The translations under genes and the position numbers were made by a program. Below, in pieces: positions 12,745 through 24,685 of a stretch of 64,000 bases of DNA. Position 1 is the stretch's first letter; every line of letters begins with the position of its first letter. The DNA lies in assembly GCA_020137815.1 (NCBI GenBank), contig CM035350.1, positions 8,928,001 to 8,992,000 of the forward strand. Reading direction: 5' to 3'. Below the pieces are notes generated by a model. It saw only the letters and a program-made list of their open reading frames with translations, made no database searches and was not told the DNA's origin. This stretch comes from Hormiphora californensis. Its lineage: Eukaryota; Animalia; Ctenophora.

Positions 12745-15700
12745 TCATTCCCAATCCTCCCAATCGTCCTAGTGGGGAAATAAGGGTTAGTCAACTACTA
12801 ATGACAAACAAATTAAGTAAGCTAGGTAAGAAAAACGATGACGTCACAAGTGTGTGACTAACATTATCTGGCGATTCTTCAAGCTGTATGTGTTCGATCA
12901 TCTGGTCCAGTTCCCGCTCAAAATCTTGGTCACAACTCGCAATATCTGCAGGGAGGGGAGTAGTATTGGTTTCTGCAACAGTAGTTCCATTGTCTGTCTG
13001 TCTGTCACCCTTCTTGTCACATAATATCTCCTTACCCTTCTCTTTTATCATTTCATAAGAGTCTTCTGAAGACAGATCAGCCTTGATACTGTTCTCTCCA
13101 ACTGCTGCTGCAGTGCTTTGTTCTGATACCATCTTCTCGGCCGTGCTCTCACTACTACACGATACCTCCTCCTCTGCTACAGGTTCCTGTGGTGCTGGTG
13201 GTAGTGGGGTAGTAGACGGTTCTGATGCTGCTTGTTCCAAACTTTCCTCCGTTGAGAGTTCCCTTTCGAATTCTGGCTCCACCACTGTAGCAGTAGCAGT
13301 AGGAGGGGTAGATGTTGGTGGTTCTTCCTTGCTCTCTTCTATCATTTTCTCATCTATCTTTTCTTCTTCTATCTTTTCTTCCTCTTCTATCTTTTCCTCT
13401 TCTTCCTCTTCCTCATCATCACTCCATTTCAATTCATCCTCTTCCTCTCCCCTGGCCTCTGCTCTACTCAACAGCTCCTCGTGCTTCTCTTTCTCCTGGG
13501 AGGGAGTACTCAGTAGTAGAATAGTGAATAGTGAGGTGTTGAGACTTGAGAATAGTGAATAGTGAGGTGTTGAGACTTGAGAATAGTGAATATACCGGCT
13601 GGTGATAAAGTTATAATTTGGTTCTGGGTAAAGAGACCCAAGTGAGGCACCTAATGAGAACACTATGAAAACTATGACAACTCACAAGATTAAAAAGGTG
13701 TGTCCGATAGTAGTAAACCCGCCAAAAAGTTCCATAACTCAGATGGGCAGGGACCAGGGTAGAGTGGGTCTGTCTGAGGGCATCATCAACAACCAATATC
13801 TCCCCTATCTCGTGGGTATGGGACTCCAAAACAAATCCCTCACTCCACTCCGTGAAATGGGCATCTGGGAGGTGGGATTATTCAGTGCTACATACCTTCG
13901 GGGAATATTATAGTCCACCAGTTCTAAGTTCTAGTTCTAGTTGTAGTTTTAGTAACATAAAAAGAGATGGACTAGATGGCAAAGTCAGATTAAGATTCTT
14001 TGGACTACCTGCGGTATGTTGAGTATATGTTTCGGGGGACGTCTGGATAGCTGCCAATCGATCCTCCCCAAACCGTGACAAGTACTGGACTGTCTGGGGC
14101 TCTGGTGCTAAATACTCAGAGACATTTCCCAGCATTGTAGTTACAGAGTCTGTTAGGCCCCCAAACTGGGCATATGGCTGAGGGGGTAAAGATTGGGGGG
14201 GGGGGGGTTCAACCTAAAAATTTCCATTTCCATTTGCCAAAATCCGGGTATCGAGGGAAATTTTTAGAAATTTTTAGAAATTTTTAGAATTTTTTAGAAA
14301 TTTTTAGAAGTTTTTAGTCTTAAAAATTTCCAAAAATTTCTAAAAATTTCCAAAAATTTCCATTAATTTCTAAAAATTTCTAAAAATTTCCAAAAATTTC
14401 CATTGACCAAGAAAAGAAAAATTAACAAAAACATGAAAATATACAAAAACAGTTGTCGCAGAACTGGTTCCTTTTTCTTACCTCTTGTGAGCACTGAGCA
14501 TCAATAAATCATTTAATAATAGGTCAAAAACATCGAAATCATATATTTTTTGACATAGATTCATTGGCCAACTAAGGCCAACTAAGGGCGTCTCGAAAAC
14601 TTATTGAAAAGTAAGTTACCAAATAGCACAAGATACAGGATGTTCATTTTGGATCTTTTATCTTTACAAGCGTTGGGCTTCACCCAGAAGAAAGTTGACA
14701 AAATTAGGTCATGAAACTTCATACTTGGACTATTCCATACCCTCATTCAAGGTTCCTGGTGGTTTTGGAGCTCTACCACTTTCAAATTTCTTTTGGGTGA
14801 AGCCCAACGCTTGTAAAGATCCAAAATGAACACCCTGTACCTTACATTCCTTCGGACGGAATGCCTAATACCGTAGTAGATCGGGTTTCTTAGCATACAA
14901 TATAGAAACTTAAAACTTTAAACTCGTTTTTAAGCTAGATCACTGTAGATCATGGATGTAGCGTGTATAACTAACTTACTGTTGAGAACATGCAAAGATT
15001 ACCTGTCATTAGCTTGGAATTGGGTTACCGCTAAACTTCTAAAAACTTCTAAAAACTTCTAAAAACTTCTAAAAACTTCTAAAAATTTCTAAAAATTTCT
15101 AAAAATTTCCATTTCCTAAAAACTTCCAAAAATTTCCATTGTCCATAAATTTCTAAAAAATTCTAAAAATTTCTAAAAATTTCCAAAAAATTCTAAAAAT
15201 TTCCAAAAAATTCCAAAAATTTCTAAAAATTTCCAATATAAAATTTCCATTTGCCAAAAAAGTGGGTATCAATGGAAATTTTTAGGGTTGAACCCCCCCC
15301 CCCCCAAGATTAGAAACATACATACAGAGAAACATTACTGCAGAACGAGAGAGACATAAAGACAGACAGAAAACAGACAACGAACCTGTAACTTGTGTTT
15401 GAGAGCTGAGGCACTGGGACCAAGGACATCTTGCTTGAGAGATGTAGCCACCTCACTCATATCGTTTGAAGTGAACTCATATACATTGGAGCCCTGTAGG
15501 AGTTATGAATATAATCATAAATAATGTGGAGAGGGGGAGAGAGAAGGGGAGAGAGAGAGAGGTAGAGGGAGGGAGAGAAAAAAAAGGGAGAATGGCTACC
15601 AGCCGAGAAAAGAATAGTGTCGGGTGTCCATTAGTATTTTATTACTCTGCATTTTAGTCGAGAAGGTTCGTATATATTTAATATGCTATCGCAACATACT

Positions 15701-15879
15701 CGAATGAGGGATATTGCTTGAGGGGTATGGCGAGGGGGGGGGGGGGTGAATAATTATAATTATCTTACCGTTTCCTTTGCCTTGTTCCATAATGATCCCA
15801 CAGCAGAGAACCCAGAGGAGCTCCACCAGCCTCCTCCCCCGCTGCTGCTACCACCCTGCTCTTCTGCCTCTGAACCCAT
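12745..15879 (-). CDS. BSDC1: BSD domain-containing protein 1
   Basis: Exon 1 MGSEAEEQ...GWWSSS...LWNKAKET; BSD motif LVPAHLSYGTFWRVYYYR; acidic low-complexity exon; terminal exon DDWEDWE*. Confidence 0.85.
14195..15305. mobile_element. Foldback element with G13/C13 termini and 10-bp subterminal repeats (BSDC1 intron)
   Basis: G13-TTCAACC...GGTTGAA-C13; arrays of aaaaatttct; 6-bp direct repeat AAGATT at 14189-14194 and 15306-15311. Confidence 0.8.
14636..14837. mobile_element. Tc1/mariner-type MITE nested in the G-tailed element
   Basis: TA|CAGGATGTTCATTTTGGATCTTT...AAAGATCCAAAATGAACACCCTG|TA. Confidence 0.8.
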
Positions 15880-16211
15880 CCACCATACTACATATGGAAC
15901 TAACGACAAGGTGGGTTAGCAACAAAACTAAAGACGCAGTGCGAGGGGCAAGTAAAATAGTGATGGGTTCCCCCTCACATTAGATTTGGAGCACAAAATA
16001 TAGAAGAAATCATGGTACGTGGGGTAGAAATTACAATCGTATTGCGGTGGGGGAGAGGCTATTAACACACGCTAGAATTTCTAGAATTCACAATCAGGCT
16101 CTTTGAAGCATTAACCCACAATACAAAACATATAACGCATGGAAATAAACAGAACAATAGCACTAGAACTACAAACAATTTCACCCAATAAAAAACACGA
16201 AAACTCCTACT

Positions 16212-17906
16212 CTATAAAATAGTGCGACTGTTAAAAGTGGTTAATAGAGTGCTGGCCATATTATCCCATTTAGATTCCCTGGCAGCAGTGAGAGTGTTTT
16301 CAAAACATTTCTGATACACTTTCATCCCCCAGCTTGCCTCTCTCCCTTCCTCCACTGCCGTGAGAAAACCAAAAACAAGGTCCTTCCAGTGCTGCATGGC
16401 ACCCAGCAACGCCGGTCCATAACTCTCCAATTTGATCAAATTGTCCCGCTGTCTGGAACGGAGTTGGCGGGCTTCCAGCAGTGCCCGTTTCTCTGTTACC
16501 ATGGCAACCATGGTTTCAGCCGTGGCAGTGTGGTTCTTGCATACCGCCACTATCATCTTATAATGGCGGACCTTATCGGGACCCAGAAACATTGGGACGG
16601 TGGGAGGGGTAAAGTTGGAGTTAGCCTCCGCACAATAAGCAAGCAAGTGTGTTATGACATCTGGAAGGGGTTTGGTAGAAGTTTCTGTGTTCTGGATCAG
16701 AGTTTCAAATGCTGCCAGGTGCCCCTCAGCTTGCTCGAGATGTGTCTTGACCATCTCCCACGGGTGGTAGATTCCACAGCGGGGATACAGTTCCCTAGCA
16801 ACACTCTCCCTAGCAACATCCTCCCTAGCAACACTCTCCCTAGCAACCCCTCCTTCCTCCGCAAACAACCCTAAAACACGAAACATAACACATGTCACAT
16901 GACGTGCCATCCCCTCCGGTATTATATCTTCCACCTCTCCGTGGCTCATCTTATCACGAAGTCGCGGTCCCTCACCATGCACAAAGATATCCAGAAGCAT
17001 TGCAAACATATCTCCACCCAAAATTGGGATCAACACGTGCTCTTCTGATTCCGTTTTAGCATGGTTATAAACGGTTGTGTAATAGCTTGCCCCAGGACGG
17101 CACACCTCCCCAGACCAAACAGGACTGAAAATTTCATCCAGAGTTACGTAGAAATCAGTGTTGTTAGCCGTTACTCGGGTCTCTTTGAATTCTGGATCTC
17201 GCGTTGCCATGGCAGCCACCCAGAGTCTCCTCAAACAGTGTTGAAACAGTGTTACACCAACAGGCAGTAACGTGTAGCAAGATTCCGTTTGAAATTGGGC
17301 ATACGTTTCCCAGTACTGACGGTGGTCGGGGTGAATGAGAGCGGAGGTTTTGGCAATTTGCCTGAATGCAATTTTAGGATGAGAGATATAGGTTGGGAGG
17401 GGAGGAAGTGGGATACTCTCCTTTTTATCAGGGTATGTGGAAGTAGTTTTTCTGAGCTCTATAAGCTGGTCCCGGATGAGACTCCTGCCCATCATACCCA
17501 TGAGGGGTGAGAGAAATCCATGCCATGCTAGATTCTTCAAATTCATCTCCTTGACATCACCCACAGTGAACTGAAGATCTTTAACCACTGAATCCCCTAG
17601 TTTCTCCTCCAACTCTGGATCTTGCAACATTTCTTTGAGGTGGTGCTTCCGGGAGACTATCCTTCCCACTTCCACTTCAATATCTCTAGTTAGGGGGAGG
17701 ACTTGGAACTCGGGTGGCAGCGTATTAGCGGGGAAAGAAGTGAAATAGGAGGGAGTTTCTACTTCGGTGGGAGTTGGCCCTGCCATTGTGTTTCCGGTCT
17801 GGGAGGAGAGGATGGTCTGAATGTCGGTGGAGAGAATTGGGTAGACATTTAGTCGAGAAAGGATGGCTTTGATTTCATCCACGTATGAAGGATCTGGGGA
17901 GTCCAT
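16212..17906 (-). CDS. ERMARD: ERMARD / DUF4209-family protein (intronless)
   Basis: Family motifs NLKNLAWHGFLSP, FYVTLDEIF and DIFVHGEGPRLRDKMSHGE. Confidence 0.8.
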   Translation of the reverse strand: MDSPDPSYVDEIKAILSRLNVYPILSTDIQTILSSQTGNTMAGPTPTEVETPSYFTSFPANTLPPEFQVLPLTRDIEVEVGRIVSRKHHLKEMLQDPELEEKLGDSVVKDLQFTVGDVKEMNLKNLAWHGFLSPLMGMMGRSLIRDQLIELRKTTSTYPDKKESIPLPPLPTYISHPKIAFRQIAKTSALIHPDHRQYWETYAQFQTESCYTLLPVGVTLFQHCLRRLWVAAMATRDPEFKETRVTANNTDFYVTLDEIFSPVWSGEVCRPGASYYTTVYNHAKTESEEHVLIPILGGDMFAMLLDIFVHGEGPRLRDKMSHGEVEDIIPEGMARHVTCVMFRVLGLFAEEGGVARESVAREDVARESVARELYPRCGIYHPWEMVKTHLEQAEGHLAAFETLIQNTETSTKPLPDVITHLLAYCAEANSNFTPPTVPMFLGPDKVRHYKMIVAVCKNHTATAETMVAMVTEKRALLEARQLRSRQRDNLIKLESYGPALLGAMQHWKDLVFGFLTAVEEGREASWGMKVYQKCFENTLTAARESKWDNMASTLLTTFNSRTIL

Positions 17907-18035
17907 TAGGCGCTAGCAAGAAGGAAAAGTATGTAAAGGAGTGCTGACGGAGAGTTCATAATATTGTGAAAAAGAGGAGTTAAAAAGTGTGCTTTCATGG
18001 TTGATATTTTCTTTCTTCTTTTGTTCAAAGTGCTT

Positions 18036-18280
18036 TCATGGTTTTTGTTTCACATAAATCTCCTCCTCTATCCCCTCGCTGTGGGAGGAGGACCGGGCAG
18101 CAGTAAAGAGATAATCTGAGAGTCTGTTCAGATACCGGAATACTACCTCCACGTCACCTCTGAAACACATAAAAAAGAGTTAAAAAGGGGGCACACAGCT
18201 TACAAGCTGCTGATCTGACGTCAAACATTTCTTTTTTTTTGTTCCAGAATATTCAATAATGATATTGAAAATGAATTGAG

Positions 18281-18328
<48 letters not shown>

Positions 18329-19385
18329 TACACCTACCCATGATCATCAAGTAGTGGCACAACACTTCTCTCAGCGGTCCGTGCCGCAGTCCGTGCTACG
18401 TGAAGGTGACCTGCACACACACTCCCAGAAGGAAGAATGAAGTTGGTTAGAGGAGGCAGGGTGGAGGAGAGTTGGTCAATACGACGCTCTAGAGAGACGG
18501 TGTGGTCCGGAGAGAAGGCGACCTGAGCCCGCTGTTCAGGGCTGGGATCCGGGGTAGCGATAACAGAGCCTGAGGGAGGTTAGTTAGTATTGGGGTCAAT
18601 CTAGAGTGATGTATTTAGAAGGTAGAGGGATATGGCTTTACATCTTCTCCCCTCACCAAAACAAGTGAAAGAGAGGGAGCCCAGCAGGGTATGTGAACAT
18701 TGAACGGGTTATTTAATAAAGTGGTCCTCACATGTATACCTGCATCCTGAAGGTTGCACTGTATAGAGTGAAGGTCACGTGACAGGTCCTCTTGTTTGCA
18801 ATAAATCCTTGCCAGGCCCACATGAGAAGAGAGGGTATCGACCGCTCCTAACGCAGCGAATATTGGCTCATCTTTACGCAGTCTGATCATGGGAGTTTTA
18901 GTTTTATAGTTTCGATCGTGTGATACCAGTGAATATGACTAAGTAATGCTTCAGCGTGTGAATTGAAGTAAGAAAGAAGCATAATTAGATTCTTCGCAGC
19001 AGCACATATAATTTTGCTTTACAGTAAGTAGTATTAAATCGTGTATGGGGGAGGCCTTCGTTGAGTAATGAGTATATAATACGAGACTGAATTTATGAGC
19101 ATTATATTATGAAGGATTATTCCTTACATACCCACTGTAGTGTAAGTCGTATAACATATGCGAGATGATGGTATTGTGTTCAATAAACAACATGCTGTGG
19201 GCACTGGGCAGAAGCTGTAGTGTCATCTGTTTGTGTTACTAAACAAGCATGTACTAAAAACACTGAGTAGTGAGTACAGCTGACCATCCCTCACTCTACT
19301 AAGAATGGTTCGGTATGTGTACTAACCGTTTGCCAGTATAAGTGCTTGTTTTCCCCTTATCCCCAGTTCGTGTGTAAATCTTCAT
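18036..19385 (-). CDS. MMAB: Cob(I)alamin adenosyltransferase (PduO type)
   Basis: Exons MKIYTRTGDKGKTSTYTGKR | LRKDEPIFAALGAVDTLSSHVGLAR...IQCNLQDAG | LPPLTNFILPSG...LHVARTAARTAER | YLNRLSDYLFTAAR. Confidence 0.92.
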
Positions 19386-19638
19386 CTCCCTAATTATGTA
19401 ATCTTGAACTCTGGACCGTTGTGCTAACAATCTTGTAGACCACATTATACTTCACTAGATATAGTCAAACTTTTGACATATAATACTGAGGGAATTAGTG
19501 TATTGGTTGAGGATAGGCAATCTGTACAAGTTCATACAATATTTCACTTTGTGAAACACGTCATGTGGAGATAAAAATGGTTGAATAATTTAAAAACTAG
19601 AAATAATCACCCACAAAAAATAACTTAGATAAGACCAA

Positions 19639-20863
19639 TTATTCCGTTTTAGTCCTTTTCGTCTGGTTCTCTCCCCTCAATACAGATTCTGGGACAACAA
19701 ACTCAACTGCACGTCATCCAAGTTTTTGGGGCTGTTTTTCTCACCAAGTGCACGGATGGTTTTTCTGGTTCCGCTCCCAGCACTTCTCTTACCGACTCTA
19801 GCGTGCTTTCCTCGGGGGAATCCACGGGTGCAAAATGATAACAAAACACTTTGATGGGACATTGTGAGGCCTTTTCAACGGAGTGTAGACCCACAAAGAC
19901 GTCCAGGAACTCTGTAGCAGATGCTGGTAGGTTCATCAGCACATACTGAATCTGGACCACCACTGAACTCTCTAACAAAGTCCTCTCCCGTCCATGTTAT
20001 AGCATGTTAGTAACTTGGTGCCTATCCCGTTTAGATCCCTGTTCTTCACCAGCCACTTGTACGACTCTGGATTCAGATCATTGGCGTGAACGTGACACCC
20101 CTTTCTGGCAAGGGGTAGAGCGAAGGGTCCAATACCACAGAACATGTCAAGAACTGTAGCTCCAACGGGGATCGCATCAACAACCCTTCTGTGTTCCGTT
20201 CCCAGCTTGGAATTCCAGTAAACCTTGGAGAAATCCATGGAAAACTTGATTTTGTGTTCAATTGCCGTGGTTATGAAGTTATCCTCAGCCAGCCAGGACC
20301 TCCATATCAAAGAACCGATACTTGGAATGAATGGTATTTAGTTTATTAACAACTGTTTTTATGCTCGGGTTCTTATCTAATATCACCTGTCCGATCATGA
20401 CCTTGTATGGCTCGTGAAAATCCTTCAAGTTGAGATGAGCAATATGTCCAACAATCTCAAACCCGGAAACAACATCAGTATCAGGTATGGATTCTGCAAG
20501 GAATGATCGGATGATCTGAGCTGCTGACCAGTTTTTATATGTCAAGGGCACCAAAACTTCTCGGATCTTAGCGTCTTCCATCGATGTTATGACTGAAGAT
20601 GAGGCGTGCTCTTTATCAATGAGAACAACTTTACGACCCTTATCATTCTCACAGTCCATCACGTATTTGGGTTTGTATTGACAGTCGGTAAACATAGAAC
20701 AGCCCCCTCGTATTCCCTTCATTACAACTGAACACTGTTTTGCTGGGACTTCCACTCCGGTGCAAGGAACTGAAATACTGTACCGTTCCCGGTCTAGTGT
20801 CTTCATGTCGGTACACCGGGGTGGTTGGACTTGGGCAGTGGGTTTAGTGGTATCTGGCACCAT
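19639..20863 (-). CDS. TRMT5: tRNA (guanine-N1) methyltransferase Trm5 (intronless, apparent +1 frameshifts)
   Basis: GFEIVGHIAHLNL, IGQVILDKNPSIKTVVNK, DFSKVYWNSKLGTEH, DMFCGIGPF, ANDLNPES and VLMNLP motifs spread over consecutive frames. Confidence 0.88.
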
Positions 20864-21041
20864 GATGATAGCTAAGGGAGGAGTAAAATTGTTGATCACT
20901 AGAGTTAATAGGAGAAAAACAATATCGGTAGAAAAAGAATAAAAAAGATGGTAGAAAACTTATAAAAAGATGTTAAAAACGCATAAAAGCTGGCTAAAAT
21001 ATGACTCCGTTACAACACTTGTTCATACAATGACCTGTATT

Positions 21042-21737
21042 TCACTCAGACAAATCCTCGGTAATTGCACTGTTCAAGTTTTTCTGACCTGGACTTGTCA
21101 GACACTCTTTTCTTATCACGAGAAGGCCATCATTTGGTGGATCCCAGAATTTCTCCGGGCAAATCATACTGGCCCTTACAGACTCCCCGTGTTTCAGCTT
21201 CCACTTGAGTATTTCACGATCCATTAGACTCTCTCGATCCTGATTGAGACACCAATAACTCCCCTTCTTATTAGAAACCCCGCTCTCCACCCCTGTCTCT
21301 GCACAATAATGACGGTCAACCTTACAGAATGCTTTGTTAAGTGACAGATTATGTCGGACAGAGTTCTTCCATCCCTCGTGGGCCGATCGAAAGTAGGGAA
21401 ATTCTCCTTGAATGTACCGATAAATCTCTGATACAGTTAGTTTCTTTTCCGACGAGTGTTTTAAGGCTAAAGTTATGAGACACGAATAAGAGTAGACCGG
21501 CTTAGGGAAAGAAGGAGCAGTGAAATGTCTGTATCGAACAGTAGCAGATATCTTTGGGACATCAATTGTTCTTTTTTGTGGGATACGACACGGTTTATCA
21601 TCAAAAAATCCGTCATCCAGGCCAACAGTTTGGGTTGAAAGATTTCGCATTGACGAAGTTGTTATGTTAAAATCATTCATGTGGTCAAACTCCAGAGGTT
21701 CTAGATCGCAAGACTCAACTTCTGATATCCCTTCCAT
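21042..21737 (-). CDS. Forkhead transcription factor, FoxN (N1/4-like)
   Basis: KPVYSYSCLITLALK...SEIYRYI...FPYFR...GWKNSVRHNLSLNKAF; KGSYW. Confidence 0.9.
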   Translation of the reverse strand: MEGISEVESCDLEPLEFDHMNDFNITTSSMRNLSTQTVGLDDGFFDDKPCRIPQKRTIDVPKISATVRYRHFTAPSFPKPVYSYSCLITLALKHSSEKKLTVSEIYRYIQGEFPYFRSAHEGWKNSVRHNLSLNKAFCKVDRHYCAETGVESGVSNKKGSYWCLNQDRESLMDREILKWKLKHGESVRASMICPEKFWDPPNDGLLVIRKECLTSPGQKNLNSAITEDLSE

Positions 21738-22334
21738 TCTACACGGTAGGCTGACATGTTACAAATCACAAGAACCTCCATGTCCTACTTAAACACTGAT
21801 TTTCATGCAGAATTTCAAAAACAAATACAAATACAAATACAAATATACATTTATTGTCCGCTTTTCATTGTCCATATTTTAAAGAACAACACGAGTTCTG
21901 TTAGGTCTTGACTACTAGCATCACCTCATGCAATCTTGGCACCAGGAGGGAATTATTTTTTAGAAATGTTTTTGAGTGTTCTCAAAGGTCACTGTTCGAG
22001 TCACAGGTGACATCTGACCACCACCGACCATGAGGCCCCTCGGAAAGGGCGCGATTATAATCTGGGTGCCTTGCAGCGTGTTTACAGGTGCGCGCTACCA
22101 AAAGAGTATACTTAGACCAACTTTTTTCAAACGGCTATAGCCATGGAACCACTTGGCCGATTTGAGTAAACTAAACGGTATCAGTTAGAGAATCGATAGC
22201 CCTAACCGATAACCCCAAACCAAACCCTAACCAGACCCTAACGGATAGCCCTAGCCCGTCGCGCGCGCCAAAACTACGAATTGTTAGCAATGAAAGGCAC
22301 CCAGATTTTAACGTTTTCCCCTCGGAAATGTTCA

Positions 22335-22430
22335 AGTCATGCACAATCAAGTCACGCCCACCAATCACAGCTCAGAACGCGCGGAGTGCTTCACGCGTTC
22401 TGCGCTGTGATTGGTGGGCGTGACTTGACT
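22335..22430. repeat. Short palindromic MITE-like hairpin
   Basis: tcaagtcacgcccaccaatcacag...ctgtgattggtgggcgtgacttga. Confidence 0.6.
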
Positions 22431-22547
22431 CATAGACCATGCAGACATCTTTATTCTTTTGAATTTTTTGTGTTTGGCATACGTTGCAGGCCCCTTATAA
22501 TATAATATAAGGGGCCTGGAGGGAATACCGCGCTAGGGGGGAATACA

Positions 22548-22843
22548 TAGGGATCCCTAAAAAAGTTCAGTATTTACACAGAGTTTACACAGTCTTTACT
22601 CAGTCGTTACACCCAGAGCGCCCGCGCCGCTCTGGGTGTAACGACTGCGTCTTTCGCACTCGATTTGCAGCGTTTTCGGAAACTTTTTTCGCCGCAGCGC
22701 TCAATTTTGTCAATTGTGCAGCACACAATCCAATATTTTCTTGGAAAAAGCCACTGTGCGCAGCACGCGCCGCTCTGGGTGTAACGACTGAGTAAAGACT
22801 GTGTAAACTCTGTGTAAATACTGAACTTTTTTAGGGATCCCTA
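22548..22843. mobile_element. MITE with ~70-bp TIRs
   Basis: TAGGGATCCCTAAAAAAGTTCAGTATTTACAC...GTGTAAATACTGAACTTTTTTAGGGATCCCTA; TSD ambiguous (possibly TA). Confidence 0.75.
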
Positions 22844-23795
22844 TAATCAATCATATCTCCGGTTCCAGATAAGGTACAGAAATCGTTTTGGTAGCGTTGG
22901 AAAGAGGAAGATAACAGCTTTCAAATGCAACCGGTTTCAGGTCTCTATCTTATCAGGAACAGGAGATATGAACCAAACTCCGCAAAATCGAGTGCGGTAA
23001 AATCAAAATTTGAATGAAATTTTAAAAAAGGTGTCCCTGCAAGAATCTGTGACGTCACTTTTTGAAAACAACCCATCTTTCAACGGCTATTGCTCAGCCT
23101 CCTTAAGTCCAATTAACTTCTCTCAAAAACAGCAAGGTAGATAATCGTCAGATCTAACAACTGGTGAAAGAATCAAGTCAAACGGACTTCAGGAGCCAAA
23201 GTTATAAGCACCGCCGTTTTTTCGACCGCAAAGTTATCTTCGACCCAGCCGGGATCAGGCCAAACGCGCGCGCGGCATTCCCTCCAGTCCCCTCGTTGCG
23301 GGGGTGCGCGCATGAGGGGGCTGCAGCGCATTCCAATTTTTGTGTCGGAACAAAAAAAAATCGAAACGAAGAACCAAAATTTTGAAAACTTCGTGTTTCA
23401 AAATATGAGTCGCATTGCGCGGCGCGACGTTCTCACTTCTCAATAACGCGCACAACTGGGATACTGCTGACAGGAGTTGTTTTATCATAGAAAACTCGTC
23501 GCGTCTTCCTGACAGCACGCCCGAACAGCATTGTGAATGTGAGAATATGGAGAACACTTCCATGGCTTGTAAAGTTTGACGCAGCCGGAAAAGCCTTGTC
23601 TCGCTGGCGTGTGTAGACTGTAGAAGGCATAAACTAACAGTTAACAAATTCGGAATAGAATAAAAGAATTGGACACAACATTCACGAAATAATAAAGATA
23701 GAAAATACTCTTTAAATTACAAAACCCTATTAAACTCTACAATATGCTGTACAAAATACATTACACAAGATAAGATTCACTGTCACAAACTATTA

Positions 23796-24553
23796 TTAGT
23801 CCACCATCAGAAAGAAATCATGTTCATCAGCAAAATATCCGACAGTGAACTGGAAATTACGGAGGAATCCGACTGTTACAGCGCTGGAAAGGGCTGCCAG
23901 GAGGGGTACAGTAAAGTGAAGGTAGGATTGGAACTGTGTTATGGCCAGATCCAGGATGATGCAGCATGACACTATCAGGAGTGTATATGACAGCTGAAAA
24001 TAGAAAGGATGTTAGTGACAAATGTTAGGTCGCTAAAAACAAAGATATCACATCCTTGCAGAACATGAGGTAATATCTCCTCTAGCTGCTATCTCGATCT
24101 CCCTCAGACATACACTACCATACCTGGAACTGGAAAATGAAAAGAGGGCGTTGCATAAAGAAGAATGCACTGTAATGGGCAGCAAATAATGTTAGGAACA
24201 CACCACTCTGGCTAGAAAATACTGTCCATACTTCCTGAAAGAGGTGGGGGGGGGGGGTGTTATGATGGTTACAAGGCCGAGCAATAAAACAAGAATTGTT
24301 TTATTTCACCAAGTTATGTCCACTGTCAATGTTAATTAGTGTTAATATCATGGTCATTTTCGTCTTCCAATACCTGTGGTATATCATGTATATCTCGAGC
24401 ACGCCGTATGGCCAGAACCAACAGTGTAGTAAGATGTAGCAGGAGAAGGGTCAGGAGAATCGTATCTAGGGTGGAGTTACTTCTTGCTTGGATTACCTTA
24501 CTGTTGGTGTATGAATACAGCATCGTCTGGCCTGAAGAGGGTGATGATGTCAT
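23796..24553 (-). CDS. Small multi-pass (about 4 TM) membrane protein of unknown family, 3 exons
   Basis: In-frame GT-AG joins of MTSSPS...TILLTLLLLHLTTLLVLAIRR...DIPQ | EVWTVF...FIFQFQ | LSYTLLIVSCCIILDLAI...FFLMVD*. Confidence 0.55.
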
Positions 24554-24685
24554 ATAATTGTGATGTATCTACATCAGGTAGTATTGAACATGATAGTAAA
24601 ACACAGATTTCTGGAACTATTTTATTTAAAATAATGAAACAATACAAATACGGAATATAATGATTGACAGCATAATATAAAACTA

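Noticed and set aside
22200-22260. CCCTAA-like repeats
   Set aside because: Few, degenerate and interspersed; likely part of a repeat element.
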